Source: an uncultured delta proteobacterium
Lineage (GTDB): Bacteria > Myxococcota_A > Polyangia > Polyangiales > B10-G4
Length of the DNA stretch: 64,000 nt
Assembly (NCBI GenBank): GCA_963727445.1
Contig: CAVSGI010000006.1
Coordinates: 192,001-256,000, forward strand
Reading direction: 5' to 3'
The first letter of the stretch is position 1. Every line of letters starts with the position of its first letter. The notes below the pieces were generated by a model that was not told where the DNA came from, searched no databases, and saw only the letters and a list, made by a program, of their open reading frames with translations. The translations under genes were made by a program, and so were the position numbers. Shown piece by piece: positions 1-13,951 of the stretch.

Positions 1-2406
<2,406 letters not shown>

Positions 2407-2417
2407 GAGAAGGCGAA

Positions 2418-3680
2418 GTGACCCCGAAGCGAAGCGGCGCGGAGCACGGCGAAGCCGTGCGGAGGCGCCGCGCAGCGCAGGGATCGCTTCGCTGGGCGTG
2501 CGTCATCGCGTTCGTCCTCACTGCGTGTGGCGCGCGGACGTCGCCGCTCGATGATCGCGAGCCTCCTTCGCGCGACGCGGCGGCGGCGCGGGACACCGCA
2601 CCTTCGACGACGTGCGAGATCCCGACGGCCTCGTCGCCGATCGCGCCGCCTTCATCGTGTGCGGTCGCCTTCGACGCGTGCCGGCCAGTCGTCGAGTCCG
2701 CCCTGCTCGTTCCACGGGCGTGCGGTGGGTTGCCGGAAGCCGTCTGGACGGGCGGAGCGATCCTGGTGGCGTGGGACGGGACGGCGGGCGGAGACGAAGG
2801 TGACGGAGTCGGCCTGGCCACGGTCGGTGTCGATGGCATGGTGCGTCGGCACGCCGAGGTCATCGCGCATCAGACCGACGGGCGCCGCCCCTCGATGGCA
2901 TGGGACGACCGCGAATCGATCGGCATGATCGGAGGCGTGACCGACCTCGCGTGGTTCGACGCGGGCGGCACCATCGCCGGCGTGATCCCGGTCGACCGCG
3001 GCGCCGCTGAAGATTCCGTCCGGATCGCTGTCGGAGATGACGGCGGGTTCTGGTTGATGGCGGTGGACGAAACGCAGCCATACATCGCGATGGTGGGGGG
3101 AACGCCGCGGACCCCCGATTGGAACCGCTTCAGTGGAAGCGACATCCGCCAGGGAGAGCTGCTCCAGGACGGGTCGCGCGTGGGTCGAAGCGCGGCGCTC
3201 CTCGGACGCAACCCACGCGAGCTCCAGCTCTGGAGCCTCTCCGGCGGGTCGATGTTTCTGCGCTACGACTGGGAGCTGAGCACCTTCGCGGGGGGCGTCG
3301 CCATCGGTGAGCGTCGAATCACGCTCCACACGACCGACGATCCCGCCGCGGCGTCGGGGCCCGGCTACTATCTGCACGAAGCACGCTTTCGCGACGTCGT
3401 CCACGTGTCCGACGCGCCGTCGGGTTCGGGGGCAGACTTCGTCAGCCTCGACGATGGCTCCGTCGTCGTCGCGCTTCCCGTGCGCGTGGACGGCGTGGTG
3501 CGCATCGGTCTGTTCACCCTCGATCGATCGGAGCCCGCGAGTCTCGGCGACATGCACTTTGCTGCCGGGACCTCCGCGCATACCCCTCGGCTACTTCGGC
3601 TGCCCTCTGGCTTCGCGGTCGTCTACGAGGAGAGTGCCGGAATCGCGCTCGACGTGTTCGAGTGCTGTATCGGCCGTTGA
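2418..3680 (+). CDS. Hypothetical lipoprotein, beta-rich
   Basis: Hydrophobic stretch plus lipobox-like VLTAC-GARTSPL, typical codon use. Start uncertain. Confidence 0.65.
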   Translation: MTPKRSGAEHGEAVRRRRAAQGSLRWACVIAFVLTACGARTSPLDDREPPSRDAAAARDTAPSTTCEIPTASSPIAPPSSCAVAFDACRPVVESALLVPRACGGLPEAVWTGGAILVAWDGTAGGDEGDGVGLATVGVDGMVRRHAEVIAHQTDGRRPSMAWDDRESIGMIGGVTDLAWFDAGGTIAGVIPVDRGAAEDSVRIAVGDDGGFWLMAVDETQPYIAMVGGTPRTPDWNRFSGSDIRQGELLQDGSRVGRSAALLGRNPRELQLWSLSGGSMFLRYDWELSTFAGGVAIGERRITLHTTDDPAAASGPGYYLHEARFRDVVHVSDAPSGSGADFVSLDDGSVVVALPVRVDGVVRIGLFTLDRSEPASLGDMHFAAGTSAHTPRLLRLPSGFAVVYEESAGIALDVFECCIGR

Positions 3681-3681
3681 G

Positions 3682-4921
3682 TCAGGGCGCCCAGGGGTCG
3701 AGGACCTCGGGCCCGTTGGAGCCACTCGGCTGCTGGGCGAAGATGTTCGGCATCCGCAGCCCCGCTGTCGTTCCATAGGTGGCAGTTACGTGTCCGGCCA
3801 CCGTTCCGTCGGGCCTGACGCGTGTCGGGCAGCGTCGGCGCCACCGCTTGCGCACCGGGCGCCGCGCAGGTCAGCCGCAGCTGGAAGGAGTCGAGGGTGC
3901 CGGTGTCGACGTCGGCGGTGTCGCGCACCTTCAGGGTCCACGTCCCGCCGCCGGCGGTGCCGACGAGCTCGCGCAGGCCGCGGGTGTCCGAGGCGCGGAA
4001 GGTGCGGTTCAGGTTGGAGCGCGCGCCGCCGCGGTTGCGGGAGAGGGTGACGTCGGTGCCGGTGGGCGACGTCAGGGAGATGACCAGATCACCGACGTAG
4101 CTGTGGCGGAGGGAGATCTCGGCCTCGATGTCCTGAATCACGCACTCCTCGCCCATCTCGACCTGCATCTCGGCCGTCGAGAAGTCGCGGATGTCCTGGG
4201 GGTCGTTCGCGGAGAGCTCGTGGGTGGAGGGTCCCGCGGGCCTCAGCGTCGCGTGGAGCTCGAGCGAGCCGTCCACGGGCGTTCCCCGCACCGTCTCCGG
4301 GCGCATGCCACGGGTCTCGACGACGAAGTCGAAGCTCCCATCGGTGTTCGCCGTCTCCGGGGAGACTTCGAAGAGCGCGGGTGTGGTGCCGAGGACCTGG
4401 CCACCCGAGGTGGTGACGCGGCCACCGCTGGGATCGCTGGTGACGCTCACCGACACCAGCTCCGGCTCGACGCGAGGCGCCTGATGCTCGTCCTTGTCAT
4501 CCGGCGCCAGGACCAGGCGATAGGGCAGGGCTTCCCCCGGAGCGAGGGAGGCGACGCGGATCCCGTAGGTGCCGGGCGAGGTGATCTGCAGGTGAGGCAG
4601 GTGCCCGGTGTTGGTGTCCGAGTCGCAGTAGTAGTCACCCTCGTGCTCGATCACCAGACCGATGGGGCCGCCGGTGCTGGTCGCGCTCACACCGAGCTTC
4701 ATCTGATCGGCGACGACGACCACGTGGTCGGGGGCGTCGAGGCTCACCACGCCCGCGCATCCCGCCGCCAGCTCGAGCGCGGGCGTGTTGCCCGTGGTCT
4801 CGCCCGTCAGAATCGCGCGCGGCGAGGCCTGGCTGATCCGCACCTCACCGAAGCGCGGCGGGTCGTCGCCACAGCCGAGGGCGGCGAGCAGGACGAAGAT
4901 CAGAAGGGCGGGTCTCTTCAT
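3682..4921 (-). CDS. Lipoprotein with PPC-like, PEGA and proprotein-convertase P-domain; probable frameshift near the 3' end
   Basis: Lipobox AALGC; PEGA-like VSVTSDPSGG..VLGTTP; P-domain HSYVGDLVISLTSPTG..GTWTLKVRDTADVDTGTL. An alternative frame near 3750 reads MPNIFAQQPSGSNGPEVLDPWAP* and stops at 3682, which avoids overlap with the convergent gene. Confidence 0.75.
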
Positions 4922-7531
4922 GCGGCCTTCCTCTTGTTTCCGTTCTTTCGGCCGGGTGTCCAGCGCCGCTTGCGCGGCTCTTCGGGTGGCTCGCTCCAGC
5001 GGCTCGGGCGAGCAATCTTGGCGGCCGCGGCCTTGGCGGCGGCGTCGTCGGGGAGGCGGAGGAGCAGCACCGAGAGGAGGTAGAGCACCAGCGCCGCGAA
5101 GAAGAGCCAGACCGACAGCGGCGTCGGGACAGCCTCGGGACGAACGTCGGTGAAGGCCGCACCCAGGTCGGCGAGGACGCTGCCGCCGCCGACCTCCGCG
5201 AGGCGGGCGAGCACCGGCTCGTCGTGCCCGAAGCGCGCGAGCTCGGCGGGGTAGCTGCGGTCGACGGCGACGGCCGCGGTGGGCTCGGGATCCTCGGGCA
5301 TGCGCCCGGTGACCAGGAAGCCGTCAGCCGTGTCGAGCTCCGCGGCGAAGAGGCCAGGGCCGATGAGCTCGAGGGGAACCTCCTCGCCCGGCGCGTCGAC
5401 GGCCACCGGAGCGCCCGCCCGATGCAGCCGCACCACCGGCGTGGGCAGCGAGTGGATGGTGGGCGCCACCGCGACCACGCGCACGCGGCTCGCGGCGCCG
5501 GCGATGGGATCGACACGAAGCTCGAGGGGCTCGACCGTGCGAGAGCGCATCAGCGACCAGGCGAGCTGCGACCAGAAGGTGTGGAAGATCTCGATCGCCA
5601 CGCCACGCGTCGGCCCAGCCGCTGGTGGTCGCCGAGGTGAAGCTCGCGACCTGGCCCACGCCTCGATACCAATGCGCGAGGAGCGGCTCGCCGTGATCCG
5701 ACTCGAGGAGGGTGGATGCTTCGGGCCGGGTGGACGCGAGCGCGTAGCCGCTGAGCGGCGGCGCCGCGGAGAAGTCGATGCCTTCGAGGGAGCGATGCGG
5801 CATGACGACGCGTGGAACGATCCGGCCGGTGCGGTGCGCCGGCGGCTGGCGAAACTGCGCCTCGCGCACGAAGAGGGCCGGCAGCGATCCGGGGTTGGTG
5901 GTGACGTGGTAACGCCCGCGCCCGACGCGGGCGATCTCCGCCATGAGCTGCGAGCGCGGGCCGATGGTGATGGCGGAGATGCTGACGCCGCGGTTGGCGA
6001 GCCCCTGCGCCTGGGCGATCGCCGAGGCGTAGTCCGACTCGCCGTCGCTGAGCAGGATGACGTGGTGGATGTAGCGCGGGTCGTTGCTCATGACGGCGCC
6101 CGCCGCCCCGAGCGCCGCCGCGATGTTGGTGCCGCCGCCTGCGTCGATGCGCGAGATGAAGCCGCGCAGCGCTTCGCGCTGATCCTCCTCGGCCATCGGC
6201 ACCGGCGCCATCACGCGGTCGGCGCCGCCGGAGAAGGCGACCACGCCGGCGAGGGCGTCCTCTCGGAGGGCGTTCACCGCGGCCACGCTCGCGGCGCGCG
6301 CCATCGAGAGCTTCTGCCCCTGCATCGAGCCGCTGCGGTCGACGACGAGCACCAGCTCGAGGGGGCGCGGCTCGGGGATCGCGGGAGCGGGGCGGATCGG
6401 CTCGATCTCGCGGAAGGTCTCGGGCGAGCGCTTCACCGGGTGGCCGCCGGTGATGGTGACGAGGCCCCCGCCCAGCTCCTCCACGAAGCGGCGGATGGCT
6501 ACCTGCTGCGATTCGGAGAGCGCTTCGGGGTCGACTTCGTCGACCACGACCAGACCGTAGCGATCGAGCTCGGCGACGGTCCCTGGGGCCTGTTCGACCG
6601 GGCGTGAGTCCACCTCGAGCTCGGCGTCCTCGAGCACGCTCACCAGGGGTGACGTGGCGACGTCGTCGTCGTGCAGGTGGAGCACCCGCGGGCGGGCGAG
6701 GACGCGCACCAGGGTGGTGATGCGGTCGTTCTGCGCGACGATGTCGCCGGGCGCGTCGGCTTCAATCTCGAGGGTGTGGATCCCCTCGTCCTCCGGGAAG
6801 GGGACGGAGATCGAGCCGCGCCCATCGCCGGCGCGCACACTCGCCTCGGAGGTCGCCACCTCTTCGCCGTCGACTCGCGCCGTGAGCGCGACGGTGGCGT
6901 CGCGCCCCGCGCTGAGGCCGACCTCCACCTCGAGGGTCTCGCCGGCCCGCACCAGGCGTGGCGCGTCGATGCTCGACAGCGCCACCGCGTCGATGGGCGG
7001 CGTGCTCCCCATCGGCATGACGTCCACCCGAACGCCGCGCTGGTGTGCGTCACGCACGGCGGCGAGCACGTCGTCGCCCGCGTCGCGTCCGTCGGTGGCC
7101 AGCACCATGCGCCGCACGTGGTCGCGGGGGAGGGTGGCGGTCGCGGTCGCGATGTCGCGGGCGAGGGTCGAGACGCCGGGATCGCCGGGCGGCGGGAGCA
7201 GCCCTCCCGGGTCCGCCACGCGCGCCTGGCGAACGTCGGCTCGCGTCTGCGCGAGGCCGTCGAGGTTGGCGGCGAGGGTGGCGCGCTCGGCGTCGGCGAT
7301 GGAGGCGCTCGAATCGAAGACAGTCGTCACCGCCAGGTCGTCGGTGGGCAGGCCGACACGCACGTCGGCGATGGCCAGGACCACAAGCGCTACGGCGAGG
7401 GCGCGGAAGGTGACGACGACGGCGCGGCGCCCGGGGGAGAGCAGGTATTGGCTCTTGCGTGCGAGGAGCAGGACCAGCGGGACCAGCAACAGGCCCCAGA
7501 GCGCGAGCGCGAAGCCGACCTCGACGCTCAT
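4918..7531 (-). CDS. Membrane-anchored vWA protein with Ig-like and GATase-like domains; frameshift near 5600
   Basis: Start MSVEVGF at 7531 (ATGA overlap with upstream gene); MIDAS VDRSGSM, ILLSDGES; WYRGVGQVASFTS..WADAW continues in another frame as IFHTFWSQLAWSLMR to a C-terminal TM helix. Confidence 0.85.
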
Positions 7532-9303
7532 CCGAGGGTCCCCCGGTTCAACAGCCACCACTCGACGAGGAAGACGGCGAGCAGGAAGAGCGCGAGGATC
7601 ACCGCCAGCGGTGGCATGCGACTGAGCGCCGCCTCGGAGGGGACCAGGAGCGGCGCGGGGATGGGGCCGGCGACCTCGGCGCCGCTCACCGCGATGGCGC
7701 GTTCGTCCACGTGGTAGATGCCCGCCTCTTGGGTGTCGAAGAGATAGCCGACCTCGGTCTCGGCCGCTTCGCCGTCCGGCCCCAACACAGCCACCTCGCC
7801 GGGAACCTCGAGGATGCTCCCCGGCGTTTCGGACAACACCGTGTCCGTCTTGTAGGCCGAGAGCCAACGAAGCGCGTGGTGCACCATCAGCGGGAAGGCG
7901 ATGCGCTCGCCGAGATCCGTCTCGGAGAGGTCGAAGCCGAGCACCATCGCCCGCCGTCCGCCCCGTTCCCGCGCGGCGATCAAGGCCGCGTCGCCGCTGC
8001 GCGCGAGCACCTGATCCGAAGGCTCGACCCGGACCTCTCGCGCGCGCTGGATGCGCACGGCGTCGAGTCGAACGCCGCCCAGCGCGTCGTGGCCCGAGAG
8101 GGTCGCGGTGATCCGCGGATCGTCGATCTCGTCGCCGAGCTCGAGGCCGGCCGCGCTCGCGCCGATGGCCAGCAGGCCCGCGTGCTCGAGGCCCGCGGGC
8201 GCGTCGACTCCGTCGAAGATGACGACGTCGTGATCCGCGCTCTGGGCCTCGGAGGCCGAGCTGGCGCGCGTGAGCTCCACGCCGCTATGCGCCTCGAGGA
8301 CGCCGACCAAGAACGGGTTGCCCTCGCCCACGAGGAGCACGCGCGTGCGCTGCAGCGGGGGCGCCACGGCGTAGGCGACGTCGTCGGCGGCGAAGGTGTC
8401 TTCGCTGCCCGCGATCTGGATGTCTTCGAGGGTCGCCGTGAGCTCGCCCTGCGCGCTCGAGAAGCCCTGAGCGTCGAAGGTCGCCGTCTCGCCCGCGGCG
8501 ATGCGGAAGGGCTGGTCGAAGATGGTCACGTCGCGGTCGCGCACCGTCAGGCGCGCGCGCCCTTCGCGCGAGGTGAAGGAGCGAACCTCGGCGTGCACCG
8601 CGTACTCGCCGACCGCGACCGGATCGCGTCGCGCGCTCAGCTCGGTGATGCCGAGGGAGTCGACGATGGCGCCGACCGGCACCAGGACCATGGGCGCGTT
8701 GGTGCGCTCCTCCGGCGCCTGATCGCCAATCACCAGGATCTGACCGCCACCTCCGCTCTGGGCCACGATGGCGTCGGCGAGCGCCACCGCGCCGCGGAGA
8801 TCCGCCGGGCCGTCGTCGGCGTCGAGGTCCTCGAGGATCGCGTCGGGCTGGGGATCGTCGATGAGAGAGCTCAGGATGGTGGGCCGAACGCCCGCGCGGA
8901 TCACCGCGACCTGCCCCGTGCCCGAGGCGCGCTCGATCCAGGTGCGGGCCTCGTCCGCAGCGCGCTCGATGCGGAGCCGACCGCCGTCGTCGGCGCCCAT
9001 GGAAACGCCGGCCGCGATCACCACCACCGTGTTGCCGCGGACGCCCTGGCCGAAGCGGGGGCCGCCGATCTCCGTGGTGAGCAGGAGCGCCACCAGGAGC
9101 GTGAGCAAGAGCGAGATCAAGGGCACCTTCGTCGACGAGAGCACCCGCGGCTTCGCGCGCTGCATGGCCTCGAGCCAGAACGCGACGTTCGAGACGGGGG
9201 TGATCCGGGGCGTGCGCCTCAGAAGGTAGAGCAGCAGCACCACGATCGCCGTGCCAGCGAGCGCGGCCACCACCGCCCAGAGGGGGAGGGCGGCGAAGCT
9301 CAT
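7528..9303 (-). CDS. BatA/vWA-like membrane protein
   Basis: N-terminal BatA-like double TM (LLYLLRR..VSNVAFW), AFPLMVHHALRWL, C-terminal LVEWWL. MIDAS is degenerate (IAAGVSM). ATGA overlaps at both ends. Confidence 0.85.
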   Translation of the reverse strand: MSFAALPLWAVVAALAGTAIVVLLLYLLRRTPRITPVSNVAFWLEAMQRAKPRVLSSTKVPLISLLLTLLVALLLTTEIGGPRFGQGVRGNTVVVIAAGVSMGADDGGRLRIERAADEARTWIERASGTGQVAVIRAGVRPTILSSLIDDPQPDAILEDLDADDGPADLRGAVALADAIVAQSGGGGQILVIGDQAPEERTNAPMVLVPVGAIVDSLGITELSARRDPVAVGEYAVHAEVRSFTSREGRARLTVRDRDVTIFDQPFRIAAGETATFDAQGFSSAQGELTATLEDIQIAGSEDTFAADDVAYAVAPPLQRTRVLLVGEGNPFLVGVLEAHSGVELTRASSASEAQSADHDVVIFDGVDAPAGLEHAGLLAIGASAAGLELGDEIDDPRITATLSGHDALGGVRLDAVRIQRAREVRVEPSDQVLARSGDAALIAARERGGRRAMVLGFDLSETDLGERIAFPLMVHHALRWLSAYKTDTVLSETPGSILEVPGEVAVLGPDGEAAETEVGYLFDTQEAGIYHVDERAIAVSGAEVAGPIPAPLLVPSEAALSRMPPLAVILALFLLAVFLVEWWLLNRGTLG

Positions 9304-10203
9304 CGCGCGCTCCCCGCTCTGGCCAGGCGCGCACGAGAAGACTGAGCCTCGAGCGCCGCGCGCACCAGCTTGTCGCTGGGAAGGTCCACCGGCACCTCGA
9401 CGAACTTGCCGCCGGCGCGCACCGCGGCCTTTCGGCACGCTTCGACGTGCTCCCGGATCACCTGCGCGTAGGCGCGGAGCAGCTCCTTGCTGACGCGCAG
9501 GCGCAGGCGCTCGCCGTTTTCGGAGTCGACGAGCTCCACCTCGCCGCGAAGCCTGGGCGCGTCGTCCTGCTCACAGCCGACCCGCACGACGTGGAGCTGA
9601 TGGCCGAGGGCGCCGAGGAGCTTGAAGCTGTCCTCCCAGCCTTCGGGCGCCATCAGGTCGGTGACGACGATCACCAGGCCGCGGGTGGGGAAGCGGCTGG
9701 CGAAGGTGTGGGTGGTCTCGACGAAGCTCGTCTCGCCGCCCTCTTCCATGTTCTCGATGAAGCTCTCGAGGGTCGGCAGCTGCCCGCGGTGACGGAGGAT
9801 CGGTGAAGGCTGGCCCGCGTCCGAGTTGAAGGGGACGACGTGCACCGTGTCGAACTGCTTCATCCCGAGATACGAAAACGATGCGACCAGGCGTCGCGCG
9901 ACGTCGAATCTTCGGCGGCTTGCCCTGGAGCATCGAGGACGACATGTCGACGAGCACGTAGACGCGCGCGTCCCGCTCCTCTTCGAAGAGGCGAATCGAG
10001 AGCTGGCCATGCCGGACGAAGGCCTTCCAGTCGATGCGCCGGAAGTCGTCGCCGGGGACGTAGTGGCGGTGATCGGCGAACTCGAGGCCGCTCGCCAGAA
10101 TGGGCGAGCGGTGACCCCCCTGCCGAGCTGCCGTCGCCTGCGGGCGAACCGGAAGCCGGAGCCGGTCGAGGAGCCGGCGAGTCGCTCGGTCCAGAAGCTT
10201 CAA
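9300..10203 (-). CDS. DUF58 family protein; frameshift near 9905
   Basis: SGLEFADHRHYVPGDDFRRIDWKAF..VLVDMSSSM in one frame, then FDVARRL..GLVIVVTDL in another. The true start may be the ATG at 10310, which has a good RBS but is out of frame. Confidence 0.88.
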
Positions 10204-10347
10204 GACGAACCAGAAGGCTGTGAGAGCTGGAGGCGCAGCGGCACCAGAGGTCGACTGAGTCGACCGGCGGGGTCGTGGAGCCGGAGGCTCTCGCAGCTGG
10301 GAGTGCTCATCCCGCCTCCGTCCTCACCGCGTCTTCGCGAGCGCCCA

Positions 10348-11355
10348 TCACTTCTTGGGGCGGGGGATCTCGTGGAGGATCTGCTCGAGGAGCGAGTCGC
10401 TGGTGGCGTCGTCGGCGATGCCGTCGAAGTTGATGATCATGCGGTGGCGCAGGCACGGGAACGCGGCCCGCTGGATGTCCTCGATGGCGACGTTCATCCG
10501 CCCGTCGAGGAGGGCGAAGAACTTGGCGACCAGGATCACCGACTGAGCGGCGCGGGGGCTCGCGCCGCACTTCACGTAGCGTCTCACCGCGGCGGGCGCC
10601 TTGCCCGCTTCGGGATGGGTCGCGAAGACCAGGCTCACGGCGTAGCGCGCGATGAAGTCGGCGACGGGCATCTGGCGGATCACCTTGCCGGCCTCGAGGA
10701 TGTCCTGACCGGTGGCGACCGGCTTGATCTCGGCTTCTTCCGAGCCGGTGGTGCGGGCGACGATGTCGAGCACCTCCTCCTCCGTGGGGAAACGGATCAG
10801 GAGCTTCATCAGGAAGCGGTCGAGCTGCGCTTCGGGCAGAGGGTAGGTGCCCTCCTGGTCGATGGGGTTCTGCGTGGCGACGACGAAGTACGGCGAGTCG
10901 AGGCGGTAGGTCTCGTTGCCCAGGCTGACCTGGCGCTCCTGCATCGCTTCGAGGAGGGCGGCCTGGGTCTTGGGGGAGGCGCGGTTGATCTCGTCGGCCA
11001 GGATGACGTTCGCGAAGAGGGGGCCCTTCTGCAGCGTCATCTGGGGCCGACCGTTGGCGTCGACCTGCACCATGTGAGTGCCCAGGATGTCGGCCGGCAT
11101 CAGGTCGGGGGTGAACTGGATGCGCGAGAACTTCAGGTGGACGACGTCCGCCAGGGTCTTGGCGAGGAGGGTCTTGCCGATGCCGGGGACACCCTCCATC
11201 AGCACGTTGCCGCCCGTCAGGAGCCCTGCGGTCAGCCCGGCCACCGCCTCCTGCTGGCCCACGACGCGACGCCCCACCTCGTTGGTGAGGCGTTGGCACA
11301 GCGCGCGCACGTCGTCGAAGGGGTTCAAGTGTCGGACCGCATTCCCGTCAGCCAT
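10348..11355 (-). CDS. moxR: MoxR family AAA+ ATPase
   Basis: EGVPGIGKT, RIQFTPDLMPAD, LADEINRASPKTQAALLEAMQE, ATQNPIDQEGTYPLPEAQLDRF. Confidence 0.96.
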   Translation of the reverse strand: MADGNAVRHLNPFDDVRALCQRLTNEVGRRVVGQQEAVAGLTAGLLTGGNVLMEGVPGIGKTLLAKTLADVVHLKFSRIQFTPDLMPADILGTHMVQVDANGRPQMTLQKGPLFANVILADEINRASPKTQAALLEAMQERQVSLGNETYRLDSPYFVVATQNPIDQEGTYPLPEAQLDRFLMKLLIRFPTEEEVLDIVARTTGSEEAEIKPVATGQDILEAGKVIRQMPVADFIARYAVSLVFATHPEAGKAPAAVRRYVKCGASPRAAQSVILVAKFFALLDGRMNVAIEDIQRAAFPCLRHRMIINFDGIADDATSDSLLEQILHEIPRPKK

Positions 11356-13861
11356 CAGCGATTGTCCTCTCCCTGGGCCGCGCCGTCACGGTTGTTCTGC
11401 GCGCGTCCCAAACTCTCCATGTAGCGGCGTACGAAGGCGCGAAGCGAGGCAGGAACGTCCTCTTCGCGGCCCACGCCGGGTGCCAACTCACCCGAGCCCT
11501 CCACCAGGCTTCCATTGCCTTGCGGTGAGCCGAAACCGACTCCGTCCATGCGGAAGTTGCCGCTGCCCTGGCCGAAGCCCATGCCGGGCAGCAGGCCGTT
11601 GTTGCGGGTCTGATCGTTGGCTTGTGCCTGTTGGCCGGGGCGGGTGCCGGGATCGACGTGCTGGGCCTGACTGACGGGATCGTTGCCGCCGTTGCCCATC
11701 GGGTTGCCGCCGCTGCCGCTGCCCCAGCTCTGACTCGGGCCACCCGACTGTCCGTTGGCCTGACCGCCTTGTCCCTGTCCCTGACCCTGGCCTTGTCCCT
11801 GACCCTGGCCTTGACCCTGTCCCTGACCCTGGCCTTGTCCCTGACCCTGGCCTTGTCCCTGTCCTTGACCCTGGCCTTGTCCCTGACCCTGGCCTTGTCC
11901 CTGTCCTTGACCCTGGCCTTGTCCTTGTCCTTGTCCCTGGCCTTGTCCCTGTCCTTGGCCTTGTCCCTGGCCTTGGCCTTGGCCTTGTCCTCTGTGCCCT
12001 GGCCCTGGCCTTGTCCCTGGCCTTGGCCTTGTCCCTGACCCTGGCCTTGTCCCTGACCCTGGCCTTGTCCCTGACCCTGGCCTTGTCCCTGACCCTGGCC
12101 TTGTCCCTGACCCTGGCCTTGTCCCTGACCCTGGCCTTGTCCCTGACCCTGGCCTTGTCCCTGACCCTGGCCCTGCTGACCCTGGCCCTGCTGACCCTGG
12201 CCCTGCTGGCCTTGTCCCTGCTGGCCTTGTCCCTGCTGGCCTTGTCCCTGCTGGCCTTGTCCCTGCTGACCCTGACCCTGCTGACCCTGGCCCTGCTGAC
12301 CTTGTCCCTGCTGACCCTGGCCCTGCTGGCCTTGTCCCTGCTGACCCTGGCCCTGCTGACCCTGGCCCTGCTGACCCTGGCCCTGCTGACCTTGTCCCTG
12401 CTGACCTTGTCCCTGATTGCGCGCGAGCTGCTCGCTCGCCTCGCGCCGGGCGGCGACCTGATCGTGAAGCTCATCGAGGCGCTGGCGTGCCTGCGAGAAC
12501 GCCTCCGGCTCGGCGAGGCCCTCCTCCTGGAGCGCTTGGCGCGCCTGTTCGAGCGCCTGGTCCATGCCGGCGGCATCTCCGCGCTGTCGCGCGGCCTCTG
12601 CCTGCCGTAGCGCTTCCGCCGTGCGCGGTGCGTGCTCGGCGATGCGCTGCGAAGCCTGCGTCAGGCCCTGGCCGACCTCTTCGCCGGGCGTGCCCTCGCT
12701 CGCGTCGGTCTGCTCGTGCTCACCGATGGCGCGATCGAGGCGGGCGACCGAATCGGTGAGCGCCGCCTGCTGCTGCTCCGGCGTTCGGGGCAGGTCGTTG
12801 AGCTCTTCGGGCTCGAAGCCGCGACGCTCGTTCCACGACTGCTCCTGCTCGGCGAGCGCGAGCGCTTCGCGCTGCGCGTCCTGCGCTTCGCGGCGCAGCC
12901 GCTCGAGCTCCTCCCGGCTCTCGTTTCGCTCGACCGCCTGCTGCCACTCGCGCAAAGCTTCCTGCGCTTGCTGCCAGCGGTTCAACAGGCGCGGCGACGC
13001 GGTGGGCGGCGGCTCTTCCTCCACCGAGCGCGGCGTCTGTTGCTGCGCTTGCTGTCGTTGCTGGCGCGCGAGCTCTTCGGCTTGTTGTCCCTGCTGCTCG
13101 CGCTCCTCCTCTGGCGTCTGCCCGGCCGCACGCTCCAGAGCGGCCGCCGCTTCGGCGAAGGCGGTCGCGCGCTCGTCCCGTAGCTCGTCGCGCTGCGACT
13201 CGAGCTCGTGCTCGAGGGCGTTGATCTCGGAGTCGAGCCGCCGGTCGGGGTCCCCGTCGAGCGCTTCGCGCAACGCACGTGCGCGATCCGCGATCTCCTC
13301 TGCGCTTCGTGGATCCTCGTGACCGGGCGCTTCGTCAATCGCGAGCCAACGACCGACGTGTGGCGCGAGCCACGGCACGGGGGCGGAGAGGATGGCGACG
13401 AGGATCGCCGCGTAGGAGACCTTCCGCGACCAGAACATCGGCCGCGGCGGCGCACCGACCTTGCCCTTGGTCGCGAGGAACTCGCCCGCCTCCTCGATCT
13501 GCATCTTCTCGATCGCGCCGACTTCGGCCGACTCCACAAAGGAGAGCGCGGTCGCGAAGCGATCCTTCCCGTCGGTGACGCCGTCGAGGAGCATCGCCGC
13601 CGAGAGCGTGGTGGCGCGTCTCTTGGCGTAGACGAAGAAGGCCGCGAGAGGCGCCGCCACCGCAGCGACGATGGCGGCACCGAAGAGGCCCTTGCCCGCG
13701 ACCCACAAGCCAGCCGCGGTGGGCAACCCGACGATGGCACCGACCAGGACGCCGGTGAGGAGCGCGTCCACGAAGATCCACCCGTCGTAGCTGCGCCTCA
13801 TACGCGCGATGGCGCGAACGACGCTGGTGGGGAGCTCCTGCTTACCTGCCACTATCGGCAT
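11355..13861 (-). CDS. Membrane-anchored coiled-coil protein with long Gly-Gln tract; frameshift near 11995
   Basis: Three N-terminal TM segments with DRFATAL, E/Q/R/A coiled coil, GQ repeats. The restored frame ends EDVPASLRAFVRRYMESL.. with a TGATG overlap onto moxR. Confidence 0.8.
11767..12417 (-). repeat. Tandem repeat array encoding (GQQGQ)n then (GQ)n
   Basis: 15-bp units at about 12170-12417 and 6/18-bp units (gaccctggccttgtccct on +) at about 11767-12170. Confidence 0.95.
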
Positions 13862-13902
13862 AGTAGACGCTCGATGCCCCCGAAAGTTTCCCTCGCCGAA
13901 GT

Positions 13903-13942
13903 AAAAAAGGGGTGAACGGCGTCCCGCGATCCGTTCACCCCT
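13903..13942 (-). terminator. Intrinsic terminator after the DUF2914 gene
   Basis: 12-bp stem aggggtgaacgg/ccgttcacccct with an A6 run on + (U tail on -). Confidence 0.85.
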
Positions 13943-13951
13943 CTGACACGC

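Noticed and set aside
11767..12417. Repeat array as a CRISPR
   Set aside because: No unique spacers and no cas genes; it is an in-frame coding repeat.
11488..12610. ORFs with (LSLTLA)n or (RDKARV)n repeats
   Set aside because: Alternative frames of the Gly-Gln tract.
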